NCBI GenBank assembly: GCA_963833985.1
Contig: CAWIAD010000001.1
Span: 1,984,001 to 2,048,000, forward strand
Source: an uncultured Planctomycetaceae bacterium
GTDB taxonomy: Bacteria > Planctomycetota > Planctomycetia > Isosphaerales > Isosphaeraceae
Direction of reading: 5' to 3'
Length of the DNA: 64,000 bases
Position 1 is the stretch's first letter; each line of letters starts with the position of its first letter. Both the position numbers and the translations under genes were made by a program. Below the pieces are notes generated by a model. It ran no database searches. It was not told the origin of the DNA and saw nothing but the letters and a program-made list of their open reading frames with translations. Below are positions 20,421-31,325 of this stretch, in pieces.

Positions 20421-20719
20421 GAAACGTGACCTCGCTCTCAGGAAAGCCCAGCACATGGCTTGCCGTTGCCGGATGGAAGCGAGAAAGAGCGAATCACGCG
20501 CCAATGCGCGTGGGGTTTGGGACGGCCGCGAACCTGAACGTGTCCCCAGAAACGGGATGTTTCCCGGGACCCTGGCCTGATGCGCGGATGACTTGCAGTC
20601 ATCGCGGCTCTTCTGCCGATAGCTCCCGATGTGCCGGGAAAACCGCGGGCACCGCCTGGCGGCAATTCAGCGGTTTTTCGTGAAATTCCGGCGACGATCG
20701 TGAGTGCGGAGGAGAGAAG

Positions 20720-22471
20720 ATGGGCAAGTTCCCCGGGTTGGTTCGCCAGAGATGGGCGTGGTTGCTGCCGCTCTGGGGATGCGTCGCCGGGACCGCCGTG
20801 CACGCCCAGCCGCCCGGCCGCCCGGCTCTGGAGAGCCCGGCGCTGCCGGGCACCGCAGCGCCGGCCACGGAGCCGCCGGCGGGCACGTCACGCGAGCGGC
20901 CGGGCGTGCTCGGCTCCGCGGTACCGCCTTCACTGCCGCGCTCGCACTCGATCCTGAAATCCGACGCGAACCCGATCGACCTGAACACCGCCCTGCGGCT
21001 TGCCGACGTGCAAAACCCGCAAGTGCTGATCGCGCGGCAACTGGTGCTCGAGGCGGTGGCGCAGAGGCAGCTCGCGGCCGCCCAGTTCATTCCCAGCATC
21101 AACGGCGGCACCAGCTACGACACGCACGCCGGCAACTTGCAGCAATCCAACGGCAACATCCTCTCGGTCAATCGCAGCGCGGTCTACGTGGGGGCAGGCA
21201 GCTTCGCGGTGGCCGCGGGAACCGTGACGATTCCCGGCGTGGTTCTGGCCGGCAATGTGGCCGAGGGCCTGTTTCGATATCTGGTGTCGCGGCAGGTGGT
21301 GCGGCAGGCGGAGTTCGGCAACGTGGCTACCCGGAACCAGGCGTTTCTGCGAGTCTGCGAGGCCTACTGCGATCTGCTCCAGGCCGAGGGCCGGCGGGCC
21401 ATCGCCGAGGAGATTGCCCGGGACGCGCAGGAGGTTGTGAAGATCACGGCCGACTTCGCACGCACCGGGCTGGGCCGGCCGGCGGATGCCGATCGGGCCG
21501 CCACCGAGCTGGCACGGCGCAGGGCCGAGATCCGGCTCCGGGAGGGCGAGATGATCTCGGCCTCGGCCCGGCTCTGCCGGGTCCTGAACCTCGATCCCTC
21601 CGTCCGGCTGCATCCCACCGACGCATTCATCGTGCCCGCGCCCCTGGTTCCCGACCCGATCCCGATGTGCGAGCTGATCGCGCTGGCGCTCACGCACCGG
21701 CCGGAGATGGGCGAACGCAGGGCCGTCGTCAAGCAGGCGCTGCTGGTCCTGCACGGTGCCAGGGCCTTGCCCTTCTCGCCGACCATCTTCCTGGGGTACA
21801 GCGCCGGCGGGTTCGGCGGAGGCAGCAACCTGGTGCGGCCGATCTTCGGCGCCTTCGGCGGCCGGCAAGATTTTGACGCAATTGCTTACTGGACCCTGCA
21901 AAACATGGGAATCGGCAACGTGGCGCTCATTCAGGTAGCCAGGGCCCACCTGGGCGTCACCGAGTTCCAGGAACTGGCGATGCTCGACCACATTCGCGAC
22001 GAGGTGGCCGAGGCCTACGCCAGGACGCATGCGCGTTACGAGCAGATCCTCGAGGAGGAGGAGGCGGTTCGCTCTGGCATTCGAGGCTTTCAGGAAGACC
22101 TGGGCCGTGCCCGCCAGGCGGCCGGATTGCCCATCGAGGTGCTGAATAACCTGAAGCTGAAGGCCGAAGCACAGATGGAGTACCTGGAAGCCATCGTGGA
22201 CTACAATCGTGCCCACTTTGAGCTCTACGTGGCGCTCGGGCAGCCGCCGGCCGCCACGCTGGCCCGGCCGGTCCCCGTCGAGGGAGTGACGCCGGCGTTC
22301 CCCGGTGCCGCGGGCGCGGCTGCCGCCGTGACGGCCCCGCCTGGCAGCGGCCTGGCCCCGCTGGCGTCGCCTCCCGGCAGCAGCCGCGGGAACCCCGTCC
22401 CGCCAGCAGCCGCCCCCAGCGGCGCCGGCTCGCCTTTCTCACCGGCACAACCCGACCGTCCCGGGCGCTGA
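20720..22471 (+). CDS. TolC-family outer membrane efflux protein
   Basis: Signal peptide, PIDLNTALRLADVQNP, ALTHRPE, AIVDYNRAHFELYVALG. Confidence 0.85.
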   Translation: MGKFPGLVRQRWAWLLPLWGCVAGTAVHAQPPGRPALESPALPGTAAPATEPPAGTSRERPGVLGSAVPPSLPRSHSILKSDANPIDLNTALRLADVQNPQVLIARQLVLEAVAQRQLAAAQFIPSINGGTSYDTHAGNLQQSNGNILSVNRSAVYVGAGSFAVAAGTVTIPGVVLAGNVAEGLFRYLVSRQVVRQAEFGNVATRNQAFLRVCEAYCDLLQAEGRRAIAEEIARDAQEVVKITADFARTGLGRPADADRAATELARRRAEIRLREGEMISASARLCRVLNLDPSVRLHPTDAFIVPAPLVPDPIPMCELIALALTHRPEMGERRAVVKQALLVLHGARALPFSPTIFLGYSAGGFGGGSNLVRPIFGAFGGRQDFDAIAYWTLQNMGIGNVALIQVARAHLGVTEFQELAMLDHIRDEVAEAYARTHARYEQILEEEEAVRSGIRGFQEDLGRARQAAGLPIEVLNNLKLKAEAQMEYLEAIVDYNRAHFELYVALGQPPAATLARPVPVEGVTPAFPGAAGAAAAVTAPPGSGLAPLASPPGSSRGNPVPPAAAPSGAGSPFSPAQPDRPGR

Positions 22472-22503
22472 GGGTTCCCCCTGGTCCGGCAGGAGCCGTG
22501 TAG

Positions 22504-24822
22504 ATGACGCGTCGCCCCCAAACTCGGAGCATCCGGCCCGAGCGATCCCACGATCGCTTGGCCCTCCACGTGCTTGCCGCGCTCCTGGCGTGCCCGCTCT
22601 CGGGCTGCATGACGCGGACCTGGCCGCCTCCCCCATCGCCGGCCGGCAACCATTCCGCGATCGCCGCCGGCGGCAAGACCCGGGTCGTGGATGCGGCGAC
22701 CATCCGCGCGTCGGCCGTGGTCGAAGCACCCTCCGCATCGCCGGTTCCGGCCCAGGCCACGAGCCCGGCATCGGCCCTGTCCCCGGAGCCGGCCGGTTCG
22801 CCGGCTGCCGTGCCGGCCGCCAGTGCCAGCAGTGCGCCGGGAGCACCACCGGGCGAGAAACCAGCCGCGTCCCCGCTCGGCTCGCGGCCGGCCGAGTCGA
22901 CACCGGCACCGGCCTCGAACATCTTCGCCGCGGTGATTCCGCCGCCGTCGTCCGAGTATCCCATCGACCTGTCCTCGGCCTTGTTGCTGGCCGAACGTGC
23001 CAATCCCTTCATCGGTGAGGCCCGCGCCCGCATCAGCGAGGCGCTCGCGATCCAGAAGAAGGCGCGCATCGAGCTGGTGCCGTGGCTCAACGCGGGCGTT
23101 GATTACAACGCGCTGAATGGCAACCTTCAGCGATCGGCCGGAAACATCATCAATATCTCCAGGCAGGCGCTCTATTTCGGTGGCGGTTCCGTGACCTCGG
23201 CCCAGGGGACGATCACGGTTCCGGCGGTGAGCATCGTCGAGCAGCTCTCCAATGCGATCTACGACCCGCTGGTGGCGCACCAGCGGCTGCACCAGGCGCG
23301 GTTCGATGCCGCGGCGACGTCCAATTCGGTCCTGCTGGAGGTGACGCATTACTATCTGGAGCTGCTCGGCGCCACGGCGCGGCTGGAAGCCGATCGGCGG
23401 TCCGCGGCGGAGGCGGAAGAGCTGATGCAGATCACGTCGCGGTTCGCCCGCACCGGCGAGGGCGCGCCGGCGGATTTCCATCGGGCCCAGACCGAATGGC
23501 GCCTTCGAAGAGGAGACGTCCGCCGCGCCGAGGAAGATGTCGTGGTGGCCGCGGCCAGGCTTTCCCGGCGGCTGCACATGGATCCCTCGATCCGCATCCG
23601 GCCCACCGCCAACGTGCTGGAAGTCCTGGCACTGGTGGACATGAGCTGTGATCTCGAATCGCTCATCCGGACGGCCGTCCAGCAGAGGCCGGAGGTCAAG
23701 TCGGCGGGCGCGGACCTGGCCGCGAACGAGTTCCAGCTCAAGCAGTCGATCGCCCGGCCCTTCCTGCCCACCTTCTTCCTGGGTGGCAGCGGAGGGGCGT
23801 TCGGCGGTGGCAGCAACATCGTGCCGCCGCTTGTGGGCAAGTTTGGCGGCCGGTCCGATTTCGACGTCGGTGCGTACTGGACGCTCGAGAACTTCGGCAT
23901 CGGCAACTACTTCCAGCAGAAGCGGCGGCGCGCCGAGGTCGGGGCCTCGAGCGGCCGGCAAGCTCATGTGGTCGCCCGCGTCCGCGCCGAAGTCGCCGAT
24001 GCGTACGGTGAGACGCTGGCAAGGCGCGAGCAGGTGGACATCGCCCGGGTCGGCCTGGCGACCTCCATGGACGGCTTTCAGCGCGATCTCGCACGTTCCC
24101 GGCAAGCCGTGCCCGACCAGCTTGGCCGGACCCCGCGTCCCATCGAGGCAATCAACAGCCTCAAGCTGCTCATCGAGGCCAGGCGACGGCTGATCCGGAC
24201 CATCACTGATTACGATCAGTCGCAATTTCGGCTCTTCGTCGCCATGGGGTCGCCACCACCCCTGGAGCAGCATTCGGATCCCTCCGCTCCCGGCGTCTCG
24301 ATCGCCAGTCTCTCCGCGCCATTGCCGCCCTTACGAGCCGGCGATCGTCCGGCCGAATCGGCGCGGGGATCGGCGGGCGCCGAGCAGGCGAAACCGGCGG
24401 CCGCCGAGCAGGTGCTCGCCGAGGCAGCATCCGGACTGGCCGCCTCGCTCGAACGACTGGCGCAGGAGAGCGGCCCGGCAGCCAGGGCGGCCGGCGAGTA
24501 CTCCGCCCTGGCCCAGGCGCATCAGCGGTCGATGACCGCCCTGCTGGAATATGACCGGCTCCAGCAAGAGCTCTTCCGCGCGCTCCAGCGCCCCGTCGGC
24601 AAGCCCGCACCGGATGAGCAAGTCGACCTGCTGCTCAGGCTCGCCCAGGCGCACGGCCAGCTCATGAAATCGAAGTCGGAATACGACGAGACCCTCTGGA
24701 AGCTGGTGCAAACCCTCAGGACAAAGCAGAAGGCCCCAGCGGATCCTCCCCGAGACTCCCGCACCGGCGATCCATCGTTGACCCGCGGAAAGCCGGCCGA
24801 GAACAGCAGCCGGACGCGGTGA
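22504..24822 (+). CDS. TolC-family outer membrane lipoprotein with C-terminal helical extension
   Basis: Lipobox-like LSGC, PIDLSSALLLAERANP, AVQQRPE, DYDQSQFRLFVAMG; paralog of the upstream gene. Confidence 0.85.
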   Translation: MTRRPQTRSIRPERSHDRLALHVLAALLACPLSGCMTRTWPPPPSPAGNHSAIAAGGKTRVVDAATIRASAVVEAPSASPVPAQATSPASALSPEPAGSPAAVPAASASSAPGAPPGEKPAASPLGSRPAESTPAPASNIFAAVIPPPSSEYPIDLSSALLLAERANPFIGEARARISEALAIQKKARIELVPWLNAGVDYNALNGNLQRSAGNIINISRQALYFGGGSVTSAQGTITVPAVSIVEQLSNAIYDPLVAHQRLHQARFDAAATSNSVLLEVTHYYLELLGATARLEADRRSAAEAEELMQITSRFARTGEGAPADFHRAQTEWRLRRGDVRRAEEDVVVAAARLSRRLHMDPSIRIRPTANVLEVLALVDMSCDLESLIRTAVQQRPEVKSAGADLAANEFQLKQSIARPFLPTFFLGGSGGAFGGGSNIVPPLVGKFGGRSDFDVGAYWTLENFGIGNYFQQKRRRAEVGASSGRQAHVVARVRAEVADAYGETLARREQVDIARVGLATSMDGFQRDLARSRQAVPDQLGRTPRPIEAINSLKLLIEARRRLIRTITDYDQSQFRLFVAMGSPPPLEQHSDPSAPGVSIASLSAPLPPLRAGDRPAESARGSAGAEQAKPAAAEQVLAEAASGLAASLERLAQESGPAARAAGEYSALAQAHQRSMTALLEYDRLQQELFRALQRPVGKPAPDEQVDLLLRLAQAHGQLMKSKSEYDETLWKLVQTLRTKQKAPADPPRDSRTGDPSLTRGKPAENSSRTR

Positions 24823-24923
24823 CAACCGTGCCCTTGCGATGGACGCGGCGTACCCGGCCATCGCCGCACTCGTCTGAATCCGGGCTCGACCCCCTCATGC
24901 CGACAGCGAACTCGCCGGCATCG

Positions 24924-25536
24924 TTACGGCTCGTTGGCGCCGAAGCGTAGCCCGTCCATGAGCAGGGCGACCATGCGCCGGGCATGATCGGGACCCACGT
25001 CGTGGGCGGGCGCAGAGGCTGGCGACCGTGCGCAAGAGGTCGTGTGGCTCGACCCCGCCCCGCACCCTGCCCGCGGCGACCGCGGCTTGCAGCAAGGCCT
25101 GGAACGCCGGGAGCAGCCGCTCCTTGAAGTAGCCCGGCAAGGCGTTATAGGCCGGATCGCCCGAGTGCAGGGCCGCGGCAAGTCCGCGCTTCGCGGAGAT
25201 GAAATCCACGTAACGCTGGAGCCACCGAGCCAGCGCCTCGCCAGGCTCATGCTCGGCGGCCAGGATCGATGCGGCGTCGGCGCAGGCGTCGACCTCGCGG
25301 CGTAGGACGCCCACGATCAGGTCCGAGCGCCGCGGGAAGTGCCGGTAGATCGTGCCGAGGCCGAGGCCAGCCCTCTCCGCGATCTCCCGCACCGGGGCGT
25401 CCACGCCCGAGGCGAAGAACACGGCCTTGGCCGCCTCGAGCAGAGCGTCAATGCTGCGCTGGGCATCAGCGCGCAGGCGTCGCTCCGTTTGACCACGCGG
25501 CGCCCGATCGCCTTGCCCTTCTTGCGTCCCGCTCAC
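24924..25536 (-). CDS. TetR/AcrR family regulator; frameshift near 25010
   Basis: LRADAQRS...VREIAERAGLGLGTIYRHFP HTH; the C-terminus HARRMVALLMDGLRFGA is in another frame; GTG start after AAGGGGG. Confidence 0.85.
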
Positions 25537-25546
25537 AGTGTCCCCC

Positions 25547-25591
25547 TTGACAAACGGAACGATGTTCCGAATATTACCGGAACACGGTTCC
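25547..25591. promoter_or_regulatory. Putative TetR operators (two GGAAC-N3-GTTCC palindromes) overlapping a TTGACA promoter
   Basis: TTGACA 25547-25552; CGGAACgatGTTCCG 25555-25569; GGAACacgGTTCC 25579-25591; lies between divergent tetR and SDR genes. Confidence 0.7.
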
Positions 25592-25658
25592 ACCTGGCTT
25601 TGATTCTAGTGCAGCCAGGCGGTGTTGACCATACCGCAAAGCTCGAACGGAGAATCGC

Positions 25659-26411
25659 ATGCCTGATAAACACGTCGCCCTGATCACGGGGGCGAACAAG
25701 GAGATCGGACTTCAGATCGCCAGGGACCTGTCGGCGCACGGGCTCACCGTGCTCGTCGGGTCACGCAACATTGAGAAGGGGAAAGCGGCGGCCCGGAGCA
25801 TCGGGCCTGATGCCTACGCCGTTCAGCTCGACGTCACGGACGCAGCCTCGATCAGCGCCGCGGCGCAGCGCATCAGGAGCGAATTCGGCCGCCTCGACGT
25901 GCTGGTGAACAACGCGGGCATCGCCTATGCGGGAGATCCGGAAGCCCCGTTCGAGGAAGGCATGAAGACGAACGTCCCGAGCATCGGGTCGATCGACAAC
26001 ATGTGCGCCATCTTCGAGACCAACGTGTTCGGCGTCGCGGCCGTCACGCAGGCGATGCTGCCGCTCCTCCGCGAGGCGCCGGCGGGGCGCATCGTCAACG
26101 TGGGCAGTTCCGCCGGCTCGCTGACGAAGGGCTCGGACCCGAACTGGGAGCATCGCCACGTGTTCGGACTGGCGTACAGCCCGTCCAAGGCGGCCCTGAA
26201 CGCCATCACGCTGGCCTTCGCGAACGAGCTGGAGAAGACGAACATCAAGGTCAACGTCGCGTGCCCGGGCTACACCGCGACCGATCTCAACCACCACCGG
26301 GGCACACGCACGGTCGAGCAGGGCGCGCGAGCACCCGTGCGGCTCGCGCTGCTCGGCCCGGACGGCCCGACGGGGACGTACTCGGACGAGGACGGTCCCG
26401 TGCCCTGGTGA
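25659..26411 (+). CDS. Short-chain dehydrogenase/reductase (carbonyl reductase-like)
   Basis: ALITGANKEIG, DVLVNNAG, YSPSK, CPGYTATDLN. Confidence 0.9.
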   Translation: MPDKHVALITGANKEIGLQIARDLSAHGLTVLVGSRNIEKGKAAARSIGPDAYAVQLDVTDAASISAAAQRIRSEFGRLDVLVNNAGIAYAGDPEAPFEEGMKTNVPSIGSIDNMCAIFETNVFGVAAVTQAMLPLLREAPAGRIVNVGSSAGSLTKGSDPNWEHRHVFGLAYSPSKAALNAITLAFANELEKTNIKVNVACPGYTATDLNHHRGTRTVEQGARAPVRLALLGPDGPTGTYSDEDGPVPW

Positions 26412-26673
26412 CATCGCCTCCGGCGACCCTGTCCCTGAGCCTGGATCGAATCGCAGTGCCGGGTCCGCCTCCCGGCCGCTTCCGCTTCGTCGTGCATGGT
26501 CGTGGATTGAACCCGGCCGATTGTGCTCGACGAGGCGGGATCGAGGCCGCGCGGTCCCCGGATCCGCCCTCACGGGTTTGCGGCTGTTGTTCGTGCATCA
26601 TCCGGGTATCATGATTGCGATGATCTTCAACGCGATTCGCGGCTACGGGTGAAACGAGGCGAAGGGCTTGACG

Positions 26674-26922
26674 ATGGCGACTCCCGTGCAGCTTCGCCAA
26701 CGGACAACGGCGCAGCCTTTCCGCCCTTTTCATGTCAGGCTGGCCAGCAGGCAGACTCTCACGGTCAGGCATCCGGAAAACGCCGGATGCGATGAACGAG
26801 GCCTTTCGATGACGGTGTTTGAAGGTGAGGAAATGCATCTGGTCGCCATGTTGCTGGTCGAGGAGCTTGTTCCCATCGCCTCGGAGCAGGCCAGCGCGCC
26901 CACCAGCAGACCGGACGCGTGA
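26674..26922 (+). CDS. Small conserved-looking hypothetical protein
   Basis: AQPFRPFHVRLASRQTLTVRHPE pattern, recalled from small planctomycete proteins. Confidence 0.55.
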   Translation: MATPVQLRQRTTAQPFRPFHVRLASRQTLTVRHPENAGCDERGLSMTVFEGEEMHLVAMLLVEELVPIASEQASAPTSRPDA

Positions 26923-27183
26923 TCGGCGTTTTGACTTCGGGGCCGACGTCAAACGATCGGCAACGCACGTCGATGCCCGCGACGTCGGTTCCTGGGACGC
27001 TCCTGGTCAATGAGTGCTCGATCTTCCTTGTTCACCACGTGAGAAAATAGCCTTGAGCCAGGCAGATCCAGAGCGGCATGGCTCGGCGTTATCCGCTCAC
27101 GACCTGGCCGAGCCGCTGGCGTCGCCAGAATCCGCTCACGCGAGATCCAGCTTGCGCGATCGAGACACGGGTAACCGCACAGT

Positions 27184-28403
27184 GATGCGCGGCGTGCGCG
27201 CATGCGCTCGCTCACGCATCTGGATCTGGCGATTCCTCCTGTGCGCGCTGGCGTTTGCGGTAGTTTATGTTGGTCTACGGACCGTGCGACCTGGGACGAA
27301 GCCACCGGACGAGATCTGGAAACAGGCGGAAGCGGACCTGGAGAGTGGCAAGCTGGGCTCGGTCGATCGAGCGATCGAGCGACTTGGCCGGCTGCGGAAG
27401 CCAGTCCCGCTGGACTGGTTTCTGCGCGGGCAGCTCGCCGTCGTCCGGCATCGTGAGGACGAGGCGATCGAATGTCTCTCACGAGTTCCGGATGGTCACC
27501 GTGCGGCGCCCCGGGCGCGGCTGCTGGCAGGACAGGTCGAGCTGAGGCGCTTGCGCGTCCGGCACGCGGAGGCGTGGCTGCTTGCCGCGATAAAGCTTGA
27601 TCCCCGACTGGTCCAGGCGCACCGCGAGCTGATTTTCATTTACAGCACGCTCCTGCTGCGCCGAGTTGAACGCGGAGTTCACCGCATTATCTCAGCTCTC
27701 TGAACTGACGTTCGACAACGCCATGCACTGGTCGCTGCTTCGTTGTTTCTCCTGGGAGCCGGCCAAGATGGTCGGACCGCTGGAAGAGTTTGTCGCCGCG
27801 GATCCTGAGGACCGCTGGTCGCGGCTGGCGCTCGCGGAGAACTATCGCAGGATGGGCCAGTCGGAAGCAGCCATCGCGGCGCTCACCGGCCTTCCGCGGA
27901 GCCAGCCCGAGGTGATCGACCTGCTGGCCCGCATCGAGCTCGACCGGCAAGAGGTGGACGAGGCCAGGCGGCTGATTGCGGCCGGACCGGTTGACGATCC
28001 GCTCTTGGCGCGGCTGCGCGGCCGGCTGGCGCTGGCGCGGGGCGACGCGAAGGCGGCTCTCGATCAGTTCCGGATCGCGCTCGCCGATGACCCGCTGGCA
28101 CGCGAAACGCTGTTTGGATTGACGGCGGCGCTCCAGCTTGCCGGCGATCCCGGGGCCGCCAGACCTTACGGCCAGACGGCCACCCACCTCGACCGTTTGA
28201 ATTCGCTGGTCCAGCGTGCCCTGATCAGGGGTGGGAGCACTGACCGCGGCCTTGTACGCGAGCTGGGAGAAGTCTGCGCGGCCCTCAAACTGAACGACCT
28301 CGCGCGCGCCTGGTACAAGCTGGCGATCGCCGCCGATCCACTCGATTCCCAGTCGCAGCAGGCGTTGTACAGACTCTCCCAACCGAATCTCAACCATCCG
28401 TAG
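27184..28403 (+). CDS. Membrane-anchored TPR protein; frameshift near 27660
   Basis: N-terminal TM then TPR-like repeats across ORFs 27014..27703 and 27666..28403. Confidence 0.75.
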
Positions 28404-28455
28404 GCCCCGGCGGTGCCCCCGCGACGCCTCTGCTTGACGATGTTGGAGTCTTCCA

Positions 28456-30381
28456 TGCAGTCCGCTACGGGTATCGCGGAGGATCGGGGCGTGGATGCGC
28501 CCGCGGCACGGCTGGCCGCTCCAAGGATCGGGGCGGGCATGGTCCTGTTGATCGCGACCTGGATCGGATTGCTCACCGGCTTCTGTGACGTATGCGTCCT
28601 GGTCATCGACAAGAGATTCATCAGCCGCGACTTCTATCGGGTGGGGCAGGACTTCCCGTGGATCGTCCCCGCGGCCGTCGCGTTTCTTGTACTCGTGCCC
28701 GCGGCGTTGATCGCCTGGCGCGCCCGAATTCGGGGGACGGTGCCGCTGGCTGTTCCCGTGGGACTGCTTTCGCTCATCGGGTTTCTTGAGCTGAGCTCCC
28801 GGCTACGGCTGGAGCTCTGGGCGTCGCTTCTCCTCAGCGCAGGGCTGGCCATCCAGGCGGTACGGCTGCTGCGGCGCCGCGGTCACGTGTTCTTGCGGCT
28901 GGTGCGCTGGACCGTCGGATTCCTCGTCACGCTCTTGCTCGGGACGATGCTCTGGACGATGGGCGGGCGGACCTGGTCGGAGCATCGGCAGCAAGCCGCC
29001 CTGCCGGCGGCCCCGGCCAGGGCGCAGAACGTGGTGTTGATTGTCTGGGACACGGTGCGCGCCGCGAATACCAGCCTGTGCGGGTATCGCCGTGCGACCA
29101 CACCCAATCTCGAGCGGCTGGCGAGTCGTGGAGTACGGTTCGAGCGGGCCTTCTCAGCGTCGTCGTGGACGCTCCCTGCGCACGCGAGCATGTTCACCGG
29201 GCGATGGCCTCATGAGCTGGGTGTCGATTGGAAGTCGCCGATGCGCGACGGTGTACCGACGCTGGCCGAGTACCTGGCCACGAAGGGGTATGACACCGCG
29301 GGGTTCGTGGCGAATTACGATTACTGCTCAGCGGAAAGCGGGGTGGCTCGCGGCTTCGCGCATTACGAGGATTATCCGCTCAGCCTCCTCGAAACCTTCA
29401 CCCGGCACGTCGCCCTGGGGCGGCGGATCGACGTCCCATCGATGGCGTCGGCCATCGAATCGTTCCTGGAAAGGCATACGGGACGCCTGTATGACGTGCT
29501 CCCGCGTTCCAGGGAGCACGCCAGGCGCGCCGATGCGATCAATGACGCCTTCCTGGCATGGCTCGGGAAACGGCCGGCGCAGGGACGGCCGTTCTTCGCG
29601 TTTCTGAACTGGAACGACGCGCATACGCCTTACGATGTTCCAGATCCGTCGATTCCCGGCTTCGGTCTCCGCCCCATGACGGCGTCGCGGAAGCAGTTCC
29701 TGCGCATTCGCCAGTACGGACAAGACGAAACTCTCGGTCGAGGACGTGCAGCTTGCCAGGGATGTTTATGACGATTGCCTGTTATATATGGACCGGCAAC
29801 TGGGGATGCTGATCGACGAGCTCGATCGCCGCGGTGCGCTGGAAGAAACGCTATTCATCGTCACCTCGGACCACGGCGAGCACCTGGGCGATCACGGGCT
29901 CTTTTTTCACGGCGGCAGTTTGTACCGTCAGGCAGTTCAGGTCCCCCTGTTGTTGCTGGGCGCAAGGCGGATTCCAGCGGGGCGGACCGTTGCCCGGCCC
30001 GTGAGCCTGTGCAGTCTCCCGGCAACGATCATTGACCTTCTCGGCCTGGGTTCCGATCACCCGTTCTTGAGTCCATCGTTCGCAAGCGACTGGGAACCGC
30101 AAGGGGAGGAGCGTGGTCCCTCTCTCGCAAGTGCGCTGCTCATGGAGACGACAAAACCAGAGCTGCTCACGAACGGCGGGCGCGAACCCGCCGCCAAGGG
30201 GCCGATGAGCGCGGTGATCGTGGCGGGAATGCATTACATCCAGATGGCCGACGGAACCTGCGAGCTGTTCCACCTGGATGCGGATGTCGAGGAAACGGTC
30301 AACCTTGCGAACCACCCCGATTACGGGCCGACAATCCTTGAGGTGCGGAACCTGCTGGGCGTGATGCGTCGAAGAAGATGA
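28456..30381 (+). CDS. Sulfatase-like hydrolase with N-terminal TM region; frameshift near 29715
   Basis: NVVLIVWDTVRA, TTPNLERLA, SSWTLPAHASMFTG, WNDAHTPY, then YDDCLLYMD, TSDHGE, HGGSLY in the next frame. Confidence 0.85.
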
Positions 30382-30470
30382 ATCATCGCGGCCAGGGGCG
30401 GCATCGACGAGCGCTCGCCCCCACCCGGGAGAGCGGCGGTGTGGGGAGAGCGTGCTCGATGTGAGGCAGG

Positions 30471-30900
30471 TCAGTAAGCGTCCGAGCTGACGACTTCACC
30501 ATTCCCCTTGGTGGCGAGAGCCCAGCACGTGGGACGACTGATGCTGTTCTTGACGAACTGAACGTGGCCATCGACCATGGTCACGTTCACGCCGCCTGGG
30601 TGGGCACTCGTGGCGGGTACCGTCCAGCCTGAATCGGTGTTGCAACCGACACTGCAACTTTGATCCCGGAACCGGCATCCGTTGAAACGGACTCGTTCGG
30701 AGTCTGCACGGCATTGAACATGGTGGCGCCCGGGATGCCAAGGATCCAGCGATAGCCCCGGTAATCCGCGATACTCGCCGGAGCCGCCGTCTGAAACGCG
30801 GTCGCGCAGGTCTGGATATCCGTCACCACCTTGGTCAGGGCGTTTGGTATCGCGCTGATGTCGTACACGTCGCCGCTGACCGGAGCACTCGAGCTGGTGG
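30471..30900 (-). pseudogene. DUF1559 (prepilin/H-X9-DG) gene, C-terminal fragment
   Basis: SAHPGGVNVTMVDGHVQFVKNSI...WALATKGNGEVVSSDAY-stop; internal frameshift. Confidence 0.85.
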
Positions 30901-30957
30901 CCCTACTTTCCGCACATCACACGTTGATTCTCGCTGAATTACCTGAGGCGTGCCCAG

Positions 30958-31300
30958 TCAGCAGTCGTAGCCTCCTCTCAAGCCGAGTAACCTCAGGACC
31001 TTGCGTTGTATGTGAGTCACCCCGGTCGTAAGTACGACAGGCAGATGCCTGCCAAATGGTCAGCGTGTCAGATTTCACGTCGTCAAACAGGTCGATCGGT
31101 CAATGCATGGTCGGACCCCCGGGCAACGACGGCCCTCCGAACCGGGGAGCAAGCTTTCGATCCCACCCTGTTCCAGCGTGCGAGGCAACTCACGCTCCAA
31201 CAGGGAGAGCACTGGCAGCACAAAGAAGGACCCGCAATACGAATGCTGGATTCGACTGATCTCCTTGAGCTGCACTGAGGCCGCCTCGAAGTCCGTCTTC
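30958..31300 (-). pseudogene. IS1634 transposase 3' remnant (second, diverged copy)
   Basis: KTDFEAASVQLKEISRIQ...LLERELPR...IQRKVLRLLGLRGGYDC aligns with the C-terminus of the 33353..35200 transposase. Confidence 0.85.
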
Positions 31301-31325
31301 GACCACACGATCAGCCAGACATCTC

